Shown here piece after piece: positions 63,001 through 64,000 of a stretch of DNA of 64,000 nucleotides (the first letter of the stretch is position 1; every line of letters begins with the position of its first letter). Location: assembly GCA_965662915.1 (NCBI GenBank), contig CBFIJG010000001.1, positions 173,929 to 237,928 of the forward strand, read 5' to 3'. The stretch comes from Planctomycetota bacterium. Its GTDB lineage: Bacteria; Planctomycetota; UBA1135; GCA-002686595. The position numbers and the translations under genes are program-made. Under the pieces are notes generated by a model, which ran no database searches, was not told the DNA's origin, and worked only from the letters and a program-made list of their open reading frames with translations.

Positions 63001-64000
63001 ACCGCGCTCCACTTCCTCGACAGATCCGAGGCCAGGGACGAGGAGGTGGCGACGCGGTTCGGTCCTGAGGTCCTCTCCAGGCTCCGAGCAGACCGAAAGG
63101 CTCTGGTGAGAAGCGTCTTCGGGACGTCCCCACTCCACGAACAGCCTCTGGAGTCCCGGATCCTCAATCTTCGGCTGCTGTACGCGGACTGGATCGAGGG
63201 GGGCAAGGTCTGGCTGGCGCCGCTCCGCCTCACCGCGGTCGGCGTCCGGGCCAGCGCGCTCGCGGCTCGAGCCCTCGCGCGAGCCGTGGCCACGATTCGT
63301 CGCCCTGAGGCCGCACTGTCGACCGGGGCTGAGGCCGAGGCCGATTTCCACGCGGCGGCGCGGAAAATCGATCGCATGCGCGGGCCCGGGGCCCTCGTGG
63401 CCTTGGAGCTTCGCGCCATCCTCGACCCCGAGTACTTCGGCCTCCCCCTTCCCGGTGTCGAGCTGGAGAGGGATGCCGGGAGCGCGGCGCCGAAGGCATG
63501 GGCCGACGCCGACTTCCTCCGGGCGACCCCTGCCGTGCGTGACCGCCTCGCGACTCACCGTGCACGGTCGGCGCGCTGCCTCGCGCAACTCGAGCGTGAA
63601 TGCGCAGCCGGGCTACTCGACAGGCTCTCCTCGGCGCTCGGCGTCTCGATCCACAGGGACCAGGAGACCCTCCGCGCGCTCGCGCTGATCATGGTTGCAG
63701 ACGACGACGGGGTCCGATCGGGGCTCTTCGGGCCAGAGGTACTCGCCGGAGTGACCTGCGATGCGCTGACCTTCGGCCTGCCTCATCGGCGACCCCTCTT
63801 GGCGCTCCGACTGCGGGTGCGCTTCGAACGGTGGTGGCGTCGCGGTGGGGGGCGGGAGCACCTGACAAGCGCCGCGGTGCTGGCCGGAGCGCTGCCCGCG
63901 TCCACGAACGGCGGGGATGAGGGGAGCGTCAGGAAGGACGGCTCTCTCGAGCGGGCACGCTGGCGCCGGGTGAAGCGCGCCGCGTGGTGCGCGCTGCTCG
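60073..64000 (+). CDS. giant protein (>1,300 aa, 3' end beyond window) with coiled-coil N-terminus and voltage-sensor-like S1-S4 domain
   Basis: - Plus-strand frame 3n+1 has no stop from about 59.9 kb to nt 64000. It has no stop inside the window, which probably explains its absence from the track.
- G/C predominates strongly at third codon positions (by eye).
- The start is provisional: GTG 60073, with in-frame alternatives at GTG 59944/59947/59959 and TTG 59992.
- Four helices at about nt 61000-61400 read LVILWERAVLLAIVFVIGLLVASIW, WADTAVCAFLVVDFLVKAF, LTDLLPAIPFGLIVI and LLKALRIQKVARSLRVLLPIIRLYR. The last is S4-like, with K/R at every third residue. Confidence 0.8.
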   Translation, partial: MPPWPSSKETVEWEAHRASETEDLLAVVQPHPEDPALQQARASLEAATSELHDDLAQLERTRQDLGGREAAARLCELDRRLLAAECEAAKFLRRPREHPVLPVARGWMERLRATGLPEDARRAEALTSDLECRSLRQRLRRCEEARDRSALEASDVQTDQLRDRLFDALLATEELRLGVKGRAERIGPAGGVDTRSVLEEARRVRAQLRKELAQALTIAPADAPRRDEWAGRLVDHGDEALVAALEVEERVGARILGEARDALEWHLKHVESARDGGSRGPGRRLRRRVRRLEAERLELELQVRLERTFSRRLVILWERAVLLAIVFVIGLLVASIWYGGSRWLLWADTAVCAFLVVDFLVKAFRIDFDRHWMRRHVLTDLLPAIPFGLIVINAGSAELSPLLKALRIQKVARSLRVLLPIIRLYRASTFVLRGLDRIVRQNARFLMKETLVFPTPAERRQARAGTRILETRIWSARNALETLFARSLEARGASERAALASARLACFQCAVTAKVPTTDSGQDLDAVRRAGLPIAEDLLDRLSRISSDEVEGRLGPDALARLARGARVVARSPLRRLPFLRRWVPVDAGDLSDRRVAARVIRSVARSAATLENRVLWWADLKGTLTPGELVGRVGSTLVARSARPAVRLLAIGGAYLLLRLMLHGLGYDPDDAVMLAEGYPSSELEGAQELGGPASERASRDLGGLRGFVLEVFAIVNRLTGVVLVVLGSVCLAFLGVGAWLQRLARDTTVFHEQVARAQFLHLTESIKAREKKRDAELLEERVFRPERALRGASWANTVSDRDEARFLSGLERFMTAGVSPPSQGVGFDAVARSVMLYRDLLDGALLVHSDTRATSQLLGNLALQRMMSHAGRVDAGMRQALRGLDLERRRTFLSGPYLWFHSITRALASRSARLIVDYNAHAIPRSELKRAAPEECRRYEAWLARESYGVDRDGQEESVRESARGRAAQLTTAFTALHFLDRSEARDEEVATRFGPEVLSRLRADRKALVRSVFGTSPLHEQPLESRILNLRLLYADWIEGGKVWLAPLRLTAVGVRASALAARALARAVATIRRPEAALSTGAEAEADFHAAARKIDRMRGPGALVALELRAILDPEYFGLPLPGVELERDAGSAAPKAWADADFLRATPAVRDRLATHRARSARCLAQLERECAAGLLDRLSSALGVSIHRDQETLRALALIMVADDDGVRSGLFGPEVLAGVTCDALTFGLPHRRPLLALRLRVRFERWWRRGGGREHLTSAAVLAGALPASTNGGDEGSVRKDGSLERARWRRVKRAAWCALL

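Noticed and set aside
60010-63588. Minus-strand ORFs 60010..60879 (289 aa), 61635..61982 and 62455..63588 (377 aa)
   Set aside because: All three fall inside the uninterrupted plus-strand frame that runs to the window edge. For 60010..60879 I checked that its third codon positions coincide with first positions of the plus frame, which has the G/C-rich third positions expected of real genes here. The plus frame also yields coherent TM and voltage-sensor features.
1-64000. CRISPR arrays, rRNA genes, insertion sequences/transposases and recognisable defence-system genes (Cas, RT, TIR, Sir2, HEPN, nucleases)
   Set aside because: I saw no regularly spaced repeats, no transposase or integrase other than XerD, and no defence-associated motif in any translated ORF. 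This was a visual scan only, so short or degenerate elements could have been missed.

Overview
Very GC-rich (judged by eye, not computed), densely packed bacterial chromosomal segment with about 47 protein-coding genes. I recognised no rRNA, tRNA, CRISPR array or insertion sequence. Gene content suggests a didermic organism, possibly PVC/Planctomycetota-like; this is inference only. The clues are a prepilin-leader H-X9-D protein, two sigma factor/Ser-Thr kinase pairs, HEAT lipoproteins, a multihaem cytochrome and giant proteins.

- **1-39.5 kb, mostly housekeeping:** ggt (partial), uvrB, uvrC, xerD, lspA, secA, waaA, metK, an FbpABC/ThiBPQ-type ABC importer, an aminotransferase, ltaE, mdh, fumC, rpmH (too short for the ORF track), ygiQ and pqiAB.
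- **39.9-64 kb, more accessory-like:** two sigma/kinase modules, a PspA-like coiled-coil protein, a 1180-aa lipoprotein, a polytopic membrane protein, a secreted lectin-like protein and a translationally coupled SUI1-DUF455-ATP-grasp-like trio.
- **Most interesting observation:** a plus-strand ORF of more than 1,300 codons (about 60.07 kb to the window edge) is absent from the supplied ORF track because it has no stop inside the window. It contains a clear S1-S4 voltage-sensor-like module without a recognisable pore.
- **Other notable items:** an 890-nt hairpin-dense non-coding gap between convergent genes (44.19-45.08 kb), an AIM24-family pseudogene with an in-frame TGA and an out-of-frame ATG, and a pentahaem cytochrome translationally coupled to a HEAT-repeat lipoprotein.

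Many track ORFs are over-extended at the 5' end or are antisense shadow ORFs typical of high-GC DNA. Starts were re-set only where a signal peptide or a family N-terminus supports the change.
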